Below are positions 1 through 11,711 of a stretch of DNA of 64,000 nt, one piece after another. The notes beneath the pieces were generated by a model, which was not told the origin of the DNA, did no database searches, and worked only from the letters and a program-made list of their open reading frames with translations. Each line of letters begins with the position of its first letter. Position 1 is the first letter of the stretch. This DNA is from Candidatus Multivoradales bacterium (GTDB lineage: Bacteria; Acidobacteriota; Thermoanaerobaculia; Multivoradales; J023), in assembly GCA_965248925.1 (NCBI GenBank), contig CBDFLE010000006.1, forward strand, positions 1,664,001-1,728,000, read 5' to 3'. The translations under genes were made by a program, and so were the position numbers.

Positions 1-1081
1 CTGGGTAGACTTCAGGATGCATCCACACATCGCCCTCGACTCCGAGGTCGCTGCTGGGTAGAAGCAGTCGCAGTGCCCGCAGCAACCCCGGCTCGATGTT
101 GGAAGCAAAGGCCAGCAAGGTCAGCAAGTCCTCTGCACGCTGCTCGCGCAGGTCGGGGTTTTCGCTTTCGACCCGCCGCGAAGCAGCGGACGGGCGCGCC
201 CAATCCACCGGCTGCCAGACCGCCATCGCCTTGAAGTCCCAGCGGCGTGCGGGACAGGGGACCAGGGCGGTACAGCGCACGCCGCGCCGCGCCAGGCGAT
301 GGCCAATCGCCGCCCACTCGCCACGTTGCCGGGCGCCAGCCAAGCAGCCGAGGTCACCCAGCACCAGGAGTGGCACTCCGGCCAAGGCCGGCGGCCTGGC
401 ACTGCGTTCTTCACCCCACTGCCAAGGCCGCTGCTCGTCTTCGTAGAAAACAACCTGCTCAATCCGCCGCCGGCCAAGCAGCGCTCGCAGCATCCTCAGC
501 ACGCGATCCTGATCCTCCCAAAAAGGCAGTAAGCGGAGGCTGCGGTCGACCATCAGCATAACTCTGGGGGACCAGGCGCGCAGAGTGCGGTAAGGCAGGC
601 GGTCGGGAAGCCCACCCCGGCTGGTGTGCTCGATGTAGGCGTCGACATCCAGCTCGCGACTGACCAGAGTGGTGGCGAGCGCGCGTTGCAAGCGCGGCCA
701 CAGGCGGGCATCCGAGACGATCGGCGGAGCGGCTGGTGCCTCGCCCTGCCTGCGGCCCAGGCCCTCCCAACCGATCGGCTCTGCCTGCGCGCGGGGCTCG
801 GCTTCGTCACTCGGATCGAGATCTCGGTAGGCGATCGATTCGAGTCGCCAGAAGGGGATCGCGGCAAGTGGCAGCTTCGCTGTGGACTCGTCAAGCTCTG
901 GACGTTGCGAAAAATCTTGGCGAGCGGCGGACAGGCGATCCGGCAGATCAGCGTCGGCCGCAAACGTGACCGCGCGCCCGTAGCCAAGTCGCTTTGCCAT
1001 CATACTGAGGGCTTCATCGCCCTGCGCGTGGAAAGCTCTGAGTAGATCAGCCCGGCCGGTCCCGGCCGCCGGTATCGTCAT
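1..1081 (-). CDS. vWA-domain component of a MoxR-vWA ternary conflict system (5' part; runs off the window edge)
   Basis: Not in the ORF track because it has no stop in the window. Manual translation from ATG 1081 (MTIPAAGTGRADLLRAF...) is open to base 1 and contains vWA-like motifs VMLMVDRSLRLLPFWEDQ, LLVLGDLGCL and ALVPCPARRW. It lies directly downstream of the MoxR gene. Confidence 0.75.
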   Translation of the reverse strand, partial: MTIPAAGTGRADLLRAFHAQGDEALSMMAKRLGYGRAVTFAADADLPDRLSAARQDFSQRPELDESTAKLPLAAIPFWRLESIAYRDLDPSDEAEPRAQAEPIGWEGLGRRQGEAPAAPPIVSDARLWPRLQRALATTLVSRELDVDAYIEHTSRGGLPDRLPYRTLRAWSPRVMLMVDRSLRLLPFWEDQDRVLRMLRALLGRRRIEQVVFYEDEQRPWQWGEERSARPPALAGVPLLVLGDLGCLAGARQRGEWAAIGHRLARRGVRCTALVPCPARRWDFKAMAVWQPVDWARPSAASRRVESENPDLREQRAEDLLTLLAFASNIEPGLLRALRLLLPSSDLGVEGDVWMHPEVYP

Positions 1082-1112
1082 CGGCGAACCAAGCCGAGGA
1101 CCTCTCCCCGCC

Positions 1113-2081
1113 CTACCACCCGACTTCCTCATCCGGGTGCTTACGCAGGGCAAATGCCCTGATCTTGCCTAATGCCAGCTTCTGTGCCGCTGCGTCTCCC
1201 GCCCACCGGCTGGCGACCACTCGCAAGAGATCCAGATACTCAGCGCCTCCCGGTGGGCAAAGCCCGCGGCCCTCTACTGCCTCGCGGTCGTCAGCCACCA
1301 TCTCCGCAGCGCTCTGCAACACCTCTTCTGCGAGGTCACCAAAATGCGCCCGGCCACGGGCGACAAGACGCTCGATGAGTTCGAACCGCTTCTTGGGCCA
1401 CCTGAGCTGCAGCACCAGGCAGCGGCGGATGAAGGCATCGGGTAGGGTACGCTCCTCGTTGGTGGTGACCACCACCAACGGCGCCAGCGCCTCTACTGGC
1501 CTTGAGACCACCCTGCCATCCGGTAGCCGAAACTGGCCTTGTCCCAGGGCCTCCAGCAGGCCATTGGGCACCGCCGGATCGGCTTTGTCGATCTCGTCGA
1601 CCAACAGCACAGCACCATCGGCCCCCGTCCAACCTTCAGGAGTCCAGGGTTCGAGCCCACCGCCAAGGGTGGCCTGCTCCTTGGCACCCTCCCAGTCGAA
1701 AACCCACCACAAGGGACCTGGGGTGGTGAACCGCTTGGGGTCGAGCTGCGCCCGCGCCTCTTGCACCTCTCCCAGGTGGCTGATGATCTGCGCTTCGGCG
1801 AGCCTGGCCACCGCGTCGACGGAGTAGAGCAGATCGCGAGACTCAGTCCGCGCATCGACGGTGAAAGGGAGGAATGCCCGACCGAGCATTGCCGCGGCGG
1901 CGCGGGCCAGCTGGCTCTTGCCGACTCCCGGCTCGCCGCGCACCAAGAGCGGCCGCTGACAAGCCAAGGCCGCGTTGACAGCCTCGACCTGATCCGCCTC
2001 AAAGACATGCGCGGTCTGCGGCCAAGTATCGTAGGCGGCGATGGTCTCGGTGTGGGGTGGCTCGCATTCGAGATACTTCAC
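1113..2081 (-). CDS. MoxR-family AAA+ ATPase
   Basis: Walker A GEPGVGKS, Walker B LLVDEIDKA, TTNEERTLPDAFIRRC. Confidence 0.9.
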   Translation of the reverse strand: MKYLECEPPHTETIAAYDTWPQTAHVFEADQVEAVNAALACQRPLLVRGEPGVGKSQLARAAAAMLGRAFLPFTVDARTESRDLLYSVDAVARLAEAQIISHLGEVQEARAQLDPKRFTTPGPLWWVFDWEGAKEQATLGGGLEPWTPEGWTGADGAVLLVDEIDKADPAVPNGLLEALGQGQFRLPDGRVVSRPVEALAPLVVVTTNEERTLPDAFIRRCLVLQLRWPKKRFELIERLVARGRAHFGDLAEEVLQSAAEMVADDREAVEGRGLCPPGGAEYLDLLRVVASRWAGDAAAQKLALGKIRAFALRKHPDEEVGW

Positions 2082-3568
2082 TTCTTTTTCTTCCTCGCGT
2101 TGTAAGAGCGGAAGAGAATCGCCTGCAAGGACTCACAGGCGTCTCGTTCGGAGATCCGACTCTTCCCCGTCAGGTGGGTCAAACCAAGACTTGGCAAGCC
2201 AACTTCGACCCTCTTCAGAAATCCACGGCGCTGGTGGGCGAAGTCGTCGGTGAAGAGGAAGTAGCGCCGTGGCAGCTTGTAGCGCCCTACCTCCTTGGCC
2301 AGGCGCTGGTCCACATGTGGCAGAAGCTCCTCGAACCGCTCTGCCCGAGAAAGCTCTTCCAAATCCGCCGTGTCGATTTTCATCCATCGAGCCAACATGA
2401 GAACCCAGCGGAAGAACGCTTCTTGAGATCCGAAATCAAATCCAACCTCGCCCTTCCGCTGCGAGCGGGTGTCACCTTTTTGGAACTTGGCGGTAGGTTC
2501 GGGATAGTCATGCATCCCTACCACTGCTTTGAAGCTGTAAGACCGATTCTCAAGCGCTGCCATGGCGATCTCAGCCAAAGTGCTGGTCTCGACCGGTAGA
2601 CTCACCAGCTGTCCGCCGTCATTGCCAGGAAGAACAGACATCGAAGTTGCCCAATAGACTTCTGGCAAAACCCGCGCCAGGATCTGCTCGATAACCGCCG
2701 CCGCATTCTGCTCTTCCGCGTCACCCTCCATCATCCTCTGGTGGGCTCGATCAAACACTTCAAGAATCTCGCGCCAGGAAGGAGCGTCGCAAAGGGTCGC
2801 GGCGAGCTTGCTGTACCCATCCTCGCCGTTGAGCAGCTGTTGCCAGCTCTCGGGACCTTCCGTGGCGATGGCGCGAGCAGCTAAAGCATCTTGCTCCAAG
2901 AGCTTCCTGAGATCGGTCTCGATATCCCGTCGCCGCGACTGCCTATTCTCTTCAACCGTCCGCTCATAGCCGGCCTTGGACCGAAATTCCTCGTCTTGCC
3001 ACAGCAACGCCAAAGGCACAGCCTTCAGGCGACGCCCATCAAACGCCTCGAGGCCATCGGTAAGGATGCCCACCAGACGGCGATCACAGAACACTGGCGC
3101 CCCCGAAACACCGCTCCAATCGGTCACCTTCTGAGGCGCTGCCTCGATTGAGATCTCGAAACGACGGGTGGTGTCCGTATGCGCCATAGCCTTGCCCCAG
3201 AGGCTGACCATATTGTCAACCACACTCGGGCCGTTAGCTTCCGCAACCTCCGCCCAACCGCGAGTGCGCCACGGCCGATCTTCAGCCAGCCGCCCCGTCG
3301 CCACGATCTGTCGGGCCAACCGCTGCCCGGTCTTGACTTCCAAGATGGCTACGTCGAGATCATCCTCGCCACGCCAAACCACTCTGGCGCTCTGCTTCTG
3401 GACCTCACTAGCCGTCACCCTATCGAAACGAACCTCCACCGCCGCCGCACCATCCACGACATGCCGAGCCGTGATCACCCGATCTCCATGCAGCAAATAG
3501 CCCGTTCCCCCACTATGGGCGCCGGACTTGTCCTGGCAAATGATTTGCACGAAGCGGTGCAGGTCCAT
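2078..3568 (-). CDS. Trypsin-like serine peptidase fused to a helical C-terminal region (VMAP-like component)
   Basis: Catalytic triad motifs TARHVV, DVAIL and SGVSGAPV. Likely start MDLHRFVQ; the ORF extends to 3643. The stop overlaps the MoxR start. Confidence 0.8.
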   Translation of the reverse strand: MDLHRFVQIICQDKSGAHSGGTGYLLHGDRVITARHVVDGAAAVEVRFDRVTASEVQKQSARVVWRGEDDLDVAILEVKTGQRLARQIVATGRLAEDRPWRTRGWAEVAEANGPSVVDNMVSLWGKAMAHTDTTRRFEISIEAAPQKVTDWSGVSGAPVFCDRRLVGILTDGLEAFDGRRLKAVPLALLWQDEEFRSKAGYERTVEENRQSRRRDIETDLRKLLEQDALAARAIATEGPESWQQLLNGEDGYSKLAATLCDAPSWREILEVFDRAHQRMMEGDAEEQNAAAVIEQILARVLPEVYWATSMSVLPGNDGGQLVSLPVETSTLAEIAMAALENRSYSFKAVVGMHDYPEPTAKFQKGDTRSQRKGEVGFDFGSQEAFFRWVLMLARWMKIDTADLEELSRAERFEELLPHVDQRLAKEVGRYKLPRRYFLFTDDFAHQRRGFLKRVEVGLPSLGLTHLTGKSRISERDACESLQAILFRSYNARKKKK

Positions 3569-3602
3569 CGCAGAACCGGCGTCGCCCTGCTGCACCGGCA
3601 CC

Positions 3603-3896
3603 TTAGAGTTCCCGTCCAAGCAGGGTCTTACCGCCCTGGGCATCGACCGGCCTTAGCTTGAGCACGATCTTCTGTGTCTGGCTATTCGCCGCCGAGCCGG
3701 CAACACCGGCCTCGGCCAACCAGAACTTGATCCCGGTCTTGCCTTCCACCTCCCGACTCACCGTCACTTGAGCCTCCACCGTGACCTCCAATGGCTCGAA
3801 CCGAATCCCCTGGCCACTGCCTTCGACCTTGGCAAAGGAGAGTTCTTCACGAAGTTGCTCGATCATCTCTGCGAGTGCGATTCGCTTTCCAGACAT
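3603..3896 (-). CDS. Trypco2 (trypsin co-occurring domain 2) protein
   Basis: 97 aa, LAEMIEQLREEL...IRF...VTVEAQVTV...GIKFW...QTQKIVLKLRP, immediately upstream of a trypsin gene. Confidence 0.8.
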   Translation of the reverse strand: MSGKRIALAEMIEQLREELSFAKVEGSGQGIRFEPLEVTVEAQVTVSREVEGKTGIKFWLAEAGVAGSAANSQTQKIVLKLRPVDAQGGKTLLGREL

Positions 3897-4030
3897 ATTC
3901 TAATCTCCCTGAATTTACTCCGCCGGCTACTACCGGACAGAACCGTTGTTGCAAATTCTATTGATCCCTACGGACAGAGAATAGCCTAACCTAGCGCAAG
4001 ACGCTAACCTTCAGTGATGCGATCAAAGAC

Positions 4031-4055
4031 GGGCGCACAGCCGTGCGCCCCTACA
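4031..4055. repeat. GTAG-type REP-like palindrome
   Basis: GGGCGCAC-agcc-GTGCGCCC-CTACA hairpin; related to the element at 18976-19004. Confidence 0.6.
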
Positions 4056-4129
4056 CCGCATCGGTACTACCGAGAGGTGCAATCGCCATCTAGAACATCG
4101 CCGTCTCTTGGAGACAGGACGGTTCTAAC

Positions 4130-4585
4130 TCAGACATCTACGGGATCAATCGCCTTGATGCCAAGATCAGCGAAACGCCGGAAGTCGCTGGTGTTGAAGG
4201 TCAAAATGGTATTAACCTGGTTGCTGAGCATGACCGCGACGAGTCGGGCATCGTGAACCTGTACTCCCGAAACGCCGAAGCGAAGGACGAGATCTCGCCA
4301 GTATTCATAGGTGTCGAGCGTCTCGTGTAGACGGGGGAAGGCAATCTCGAGACGTCGCAGCATCTGGTCCGCGGCGGCAGGTGTTTGCCCAAAGCCATTG
4401 GCTCTTGCCGGTCGTGTCGCTACATTCCAAAACTCGATGAAGTTCTGGCCCGCAGCAAACAAGTCGCTCCCTCGCGAGCCGACTGATTCGATGGCCCGGA
4501 GCGCGGTGCCGTGCAAAGACTCTCGCGGCGCCGCTAGGCGCAACAATACGTTGGTGTCGACGAGGAGAGCCGAAGAGGCCATCAA
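4130..4585 (-). CDS. vapC: PIN-domain (VapC-like) toxin, intact
   Basis: LLVDTNVLLR, EFWNVATRP, VHDARLVA, LTFNTSDF. Confidence 0.85.
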   Translation of the reverse strand: MMASSALLVDTNVLLRLAAPRESLHGTALRAIESVGSRGSDLFAAGQNFIEFWNVATRPARANGFGQTPAAADQMLRRLEIAFPRLHETLDTYEYWRDLVLRFGVSGVQVHDARLVAVMLSNQVNTILTFNTSDFRRFADLGIKAIDPVDV

Positions 4586-4842
4586 GGATGACTGTTGTAG
4601 ATGCCGTCGCGCGAGACAGCATCGTCAGAGAGGGTAGGCGCGTCTGAGAGGCTGGCAGCCAGCTCGCTGAGAATCGCCCGGCGTGCCTCTGGTGTCGGCT
4701 GAACACACCCCTTCAGTAACCTCTCCACCGTAGGCTCAACAGCCTGAACAAGCACTTGGCGCACCAGTGCTGCGTCATGGCGCAGAGCGCCCTCTTCGAG
4801 GCGGCGTTCCTGTTCGTTTGTGAGTTCGATGGTGAAAGTCAT
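4582..4842 (-). CDS. Putative antitoxin of the adjacent PIN toxin
   Basis: 86 aa from MTFTIELTNEQERRL, ending LSDDAVSRDGIY; ATGA overlap with the toxin. Confidence 0.7.
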   Translation of the reverse strand: MTFTIELTNEQERRLEEGALRHDAALVRQVLVQAVEPTVERLLKGCVQPTPEARRAILSELAASLSDAPTLSDDAVSRDGIYNSHP

Positions 4843-4903
4843 GGCGTGATCTCCGGTAGTCGCGCCAGAATACCATACTGACCACCGACCAACACTGCCC
4901 CAC

Positions 4904-6304
4904 CTAAATCTGCGTCGCCCGCCCATCGACCGCCAGCGCTGCCTGCTTGACCACCTCGGCCAAGGTCGGGTGGGCGTGGGCGGAGCGGGCGATGTCTTCG
5001 GCGCTGGCGCCGAACTCGACAGCGATGGCTAACTCGGCGATCAGATCACCGGCGCGGGGGCCGATGATGTGAGCGCCCAAAAGGCGGTCGGTGTCGGCGT
5101 GGGCGAGCAGCTTGACCATGCCACCGGTGTCGGCCAGGGCTCTGGCGCGACCGTTGGCCAGAAAAGGAAAGGTACCTTTGTTGTAGGGCACGCCGGCTGC
5201 TTTGAGTTCTTCTTCGGTCTTGCCCAGGAAGGCGATTTCGGGGTGGGTGTAAACAATGCTGGGGATGGCGTCGTAGTTCAGGTGGCCATGACCGGTGACG
5301 ATTCCTTCGACGCAAGCAACGCCCTCGTCTTCGGCTTTGTGGGCCAACATGGGACCGTGGATCACATCGCCGACGGCGTAGATCCCCTCGACGTTGCTGC
5401 GATAGTGACCGTCGACTTTGACCCGGCCACGCGGGTCGAGTTCGACGCCCGCGGCTTCGAGCCCCAAGCCCTCGGTGTAGGGCCGCCGGCCGATGGCTAG
5501 CAGCACCCGGTCGCAGGCCAGGGGGTCGCGGCCGTCAGCTTCGACGATGCAACCGTCGCCTTCGAGCCGCGCGCTGGTAACCCGGACGCCGAGCTGGAAG
5601 TCCATGCCCTGCTTTTTGAAAACCTTTTGCGCCTGTTTGGCAATCTCGGTATCTACTCCTGGCAAGATGCGGTCGAGATACTCCAACACCGTAACCTTGG
5701 CGCCCAGGCGAGCCCACACAGAGCCCAGTTCGAGACCGATCACGCCGGCTCCGATCACTACCAGGTGTGCTGGCACCTCGGGGTAGGCCAGGGCTTCGGT
5801 GCTGGTGCCGATGCGGTCGCCATCGAGCTCGACACCCGAGAGCGGGGTGACTTCGCTGCCGGTGGCGATCAGGATGTGCTCGGCTTCGAGACGCGCGCTG
5901 TCGGTGCCCTCGACGATCACCACTCCTTTGCCGTCGAGGCGGCCAGCGCCTTGGTAGCGGGTGATGCCGTTCTTTTTCAACAACCCGGCAACACCCTGAG
6001 TGAGGGCCTTCACCGTGCTGTCTTTGTGCCGCAGCATGGCTTTGAGATCGAGTTCGACGCCGCTGACTTTGACCCCGAAGCGCTTGAGATCTTTCTTGGT
6101 GGCGTGGTAACGCTCGCTGGCTTCGAGCAAGGCTTTGGAGGGGATGCAACCGACCCGCAAACAGGTGCCGCCCAACAGGGGTTCCTTTTCGATACAGGCA
6201 ACATCGAGGCCGAGCTGGGCGGCGCGAATGGCCGCCACGTAACCGCCGGGACCAGCGCCGATGACCACCAGGTCGTGGTGGCGACTGTCAACTTTCTCAG
6301 CCAT
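4904..6304 (-). CDS. lpdA: Dihydrolipoamide dehydrogenase (E3)
   Basis: GAGPGGYVAAIRAAQLG, redox disulfide GGTCLRVGCIPSK, HAHPTLAE. Confidence 0.97.
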   Translation of the reverse strand: MAEKVDSRHHDLVVIGAGPGGYVAAIRAAQLGLDVACIEKEPLLGGTCLRVGCIPSKALLEASERYHATKKDLKRFGVKVSGVELDLKAMLRHKDSTVKALTQGVAGLLKKNGITRYQGAGRLDGKGVVIVEGTDSARLEAEHILIATGSEVTPLSGVELDGDRIGTSTEALAYPEVPAHLVVIGAGVIGLELGSVWARLGAKVTVLEYLDRILPGVDTEIAKQAQKVFKKQGMDFQLGVRVTSARLEGDGCIVEADGRDPLACDRVLLAIGRRPYTEGLGLEAAGVELDPRGRVKVDGHYRSNVEGIYAVGDVIHGPMLAHKAEDEGVACVEGIVTGHGHLNYDAIPSIVYTHPEIAFLGKTEEELKAAGVPYNKGTFPFLANGRARALADTGGMVKLLAHADTDRLLGAHIIGPRAGDLIAELAIAVEFGASAEDIARSAHAHPTLAEVVKQAALAVDGRATQI

Positions 6305-6307
6305 GAC

Positions 6308-7534
6308 CTAGACCTCTAGCAGGATACGAGTGGGATCTTCGATGCGCTCTTTGACCCGCACCAAAAAGGTCACCGCCTCACGGCCGTCGACCAGTCGGTG
6401 GTCGTAGGTCAGAGCAAGATACATCATCGGCCGGATCACCACCTCGCCGTTCAAGGCGATCGGTCGATCTTCGATCTTGTGCAAACCCAAGATGCCACTC
6501 TGTGGCGGATTGACGATCGGCGTGGAAAGTAAGGAACCGTAGATGCCGCCGTTGGAGATGGTGAAGGTACCGCCTTGCAGCTCTTCAAGCTTGAGCCGAT
6601 TGGCCCGCGCCCGCTGAGCCAGCTCGCCAATGGTCTGCTCGACCTCGGCAAAGCTCAGCCGCTCGGCGTTGCGGATGATCGGCACCACCAGCCCTTTGCC
6701 ACCACCTACCGCGATGCCGATATCCTGGTAGTTGTGGTAGACGATCTGGTCGCCGCGCAGCTCGGCGTTGACTCCGGGAACCTCTTTCAGGGCCTCGATC
6801 GCCGCTTTGACAAAGAAGGACATGAAGCCTAGCTTGATGCCATATTTCTTGACAAAGGTGTCCTGGTATTGCTTGCGCAATGCCTTGATCGCCGTCATGT
6901 CGACTTCGTTGAAGGTGGTCAGCAGCGCCGCCTGCTGCTGGGCCTCGACCAAGCGACGAGCCACGGTGCGGCGTAGCGGGGTGAGCTTGACCACTTCTTG
7001 CTGGCGCGGGCCGGCGGGGGCCGGCTGAGCGGTGGCGATCGAGGGCGGCGCTGGAGTGGCTGCTGGGGTCGGAGTAGGCGGAGTAGGCGGAGCGCTGGCG
7101 GCGGCTCGCTGTACGTCTTCTTTCAGGATGCGACCGCCTCTGCCGGTACCTTCGACCTGGGAGGCATCGAGTCCAGCGTCGGCCAAGGCGCGTTGCGCCG
7201 CCGGGCTGACCGGCACGGTTTCAGCGGTCTTGGCAGTAGCCGGCGCGGGTGCAGCTTCAGCGGCAGCGGCAGGAGGTTTAGCGCCAGCCGGCGCGGCACC
7301 GGGCTCGAAGAGGCCCACCACGTCACCCACTTCGGCGCTCTCGCCTTCGCCCAGGATGATCTTCTGCACCACGCCAGCTTCGGGGGCCGGTAGGTCCATG
7401 TTGACTTTGTCGGTCTCGATGATCACCACTGGATCGTCCTGCGCCACCCACTGGCCGGGCTGGACGTACCACTCGCCGATCACCACTTCGGTGATCGATT
7501 CGCCAACCGTCGGAATCTTGAGTTCGATCGCCAT
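6308..7534 (-). CDS. sucB: 2-oxoglutarate dehydrogenase E2 (dihydrolipoyl succinyltransferase)
   Basis: Lipoyl domain IETDKV, E3-binding [12 protein letters not shown], catalytic [14 protein letters not shown]. Confidence 0.96.
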   Translation of the reverse strand: MAIELKIPTVGESITEVVIGEWYVQPGQWVAQDDPVVIIETDKVNMDLPAPEAGVVQKIILGEGESAEVGDVVGLFEPGAAPAGAKPPAAAAEAAPAPATAKTAETVPVSPAAQRALADAGLDASQVEGTGRGGRILKEDVQRAAASAPPTPPTPTPAATPAPPSIATAQPAPAGPRQQEVVKLTPLRRTVARRLVEAQQQAALLTTFNEVDMTAIKALRKQYQDTFVKKYGIKLGFMSFFVKAAIEALKEVPGVNAELRGDQIVYHNYQDIGIAVGGGKGLVVPIIRNAERLSFAEVEQTIGELAQRARANRLKLEELQGGTFTISNGGIYGSLLSTPIVNPPQSGILGLHKIEDRPIALNGEVVIRPMMYLALTYDHRLVDGREAVTFLVRVKERIEDPTRILLEV

Positions 7535-7561
7535 GTCCCTTTCCCCTGTACCTGTCAGGCG

Positions 7562-10807
<3,246 letters not shown>

Positions 10808-10849
10808 TTGACTCCTGAGACCTTGGGAACCAGGGCATCATCTCACGAT

Positions 10850-11641
10850 TCAGCCCTCGCAACTCACCTCTCGATAGCGGGCAGGCGGTTCGAGCGTGGC
10901 CACCGCGCCGACCAGAGGCTCGACCACGACTTGTTGCCAACGCAGCTGTTGCTGGCCGCGCCGGTCGGAGAAAACTCCCTGGCCCGGCTCGCCCCGCCAC
11001 CAGACGGCGGGCTCACCTGCCAATTCCAACGACCACCATTCGAGCGCGCCGTCGCCAGCCGGAGCAAAGCCGGCGCTCCACTTTTGGCCCTGGCGATCGC
11101 GGAAACTCAGGTGGTTGGCATTGCGGGCCAACTCACTCGCTGGGGTGGTCGGCAAGCGGCCGAGCAAGAGCATTGGCAGACTGGCTAGCGGCAGCTTGGC
11201 CACCGGCACGATCACCAGTCGGCCGGCTTCACCCGCGTGGCAGAAGGTCTTCTCGCGATGATCCACCCACAGCACCCGATCGCCGGCATCGATATCCAGA
11301 TCCCACAGCTTGCGCCCCAATCCAAAGACCGCTTGCAGGCGATACTGGGTGGGACTGGTCAAGTAGAGGGTCAGCTTGAAATCCAGATTGCCCTCCGGCC
11401 CATCGTAGTTCAGCCGGAAGAGCCGCTGGGTGGGGAAACTCTCGGCCGGCAACTGCCAAGGCTCGACGCCAGCGCCGCTGGGAACTACCACCGGCTTGCT
11501 GGCCGGGCGCAGCGATGAGGCGGTCGAGGCACAGCCGGAGCTGCCGAGCAAGAGCAGGGCCAAAGTCAGTGCAACGCCAAGTAGCGCCGGAAAAGAGGGA
11601 TGGGTCGCCGTTGAGCGACAAGGGGCGATTGGAAGAATCAT
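10850..11641 (-). CDS. Hypothetical lipoprotein
   Basis: Hydrophobic signal ending LLLGSSG-C (lipobox-like); upstream of sucA in the same orientation. Confidence 0.6.
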   Translation of the reverse strand: MILPIAPCRSTATHPSFPALLGVALTLALLLLGSSGCASTASSLRPASKPVVVPSGAGVEPWQLPAESFPTQRLFRLNYDGPEGNLDFKLTLYLTSPTQYRLQAVFGLGRKLWDLDIDAGDRVLWVDHREKTFCHAGEAGRLVIVPVAKLPLASLPMLLLGRLPTTPASELARNANHLSFRDRQGQKWSAGFAPAGDGALEWWSLELAGEPAVWWRGEPGQGVFSDRRGQQQLRWQQVVVEPLVGAVATLEPPARYREVSCEG

Positions 11642-11711
11642 CGAAAATGCCCGCCGCCAACCCCGGACTCAAAGGCCCCGTGCGGCGTTGGCAGTTTAGC
11701 AGATCGCCGCC

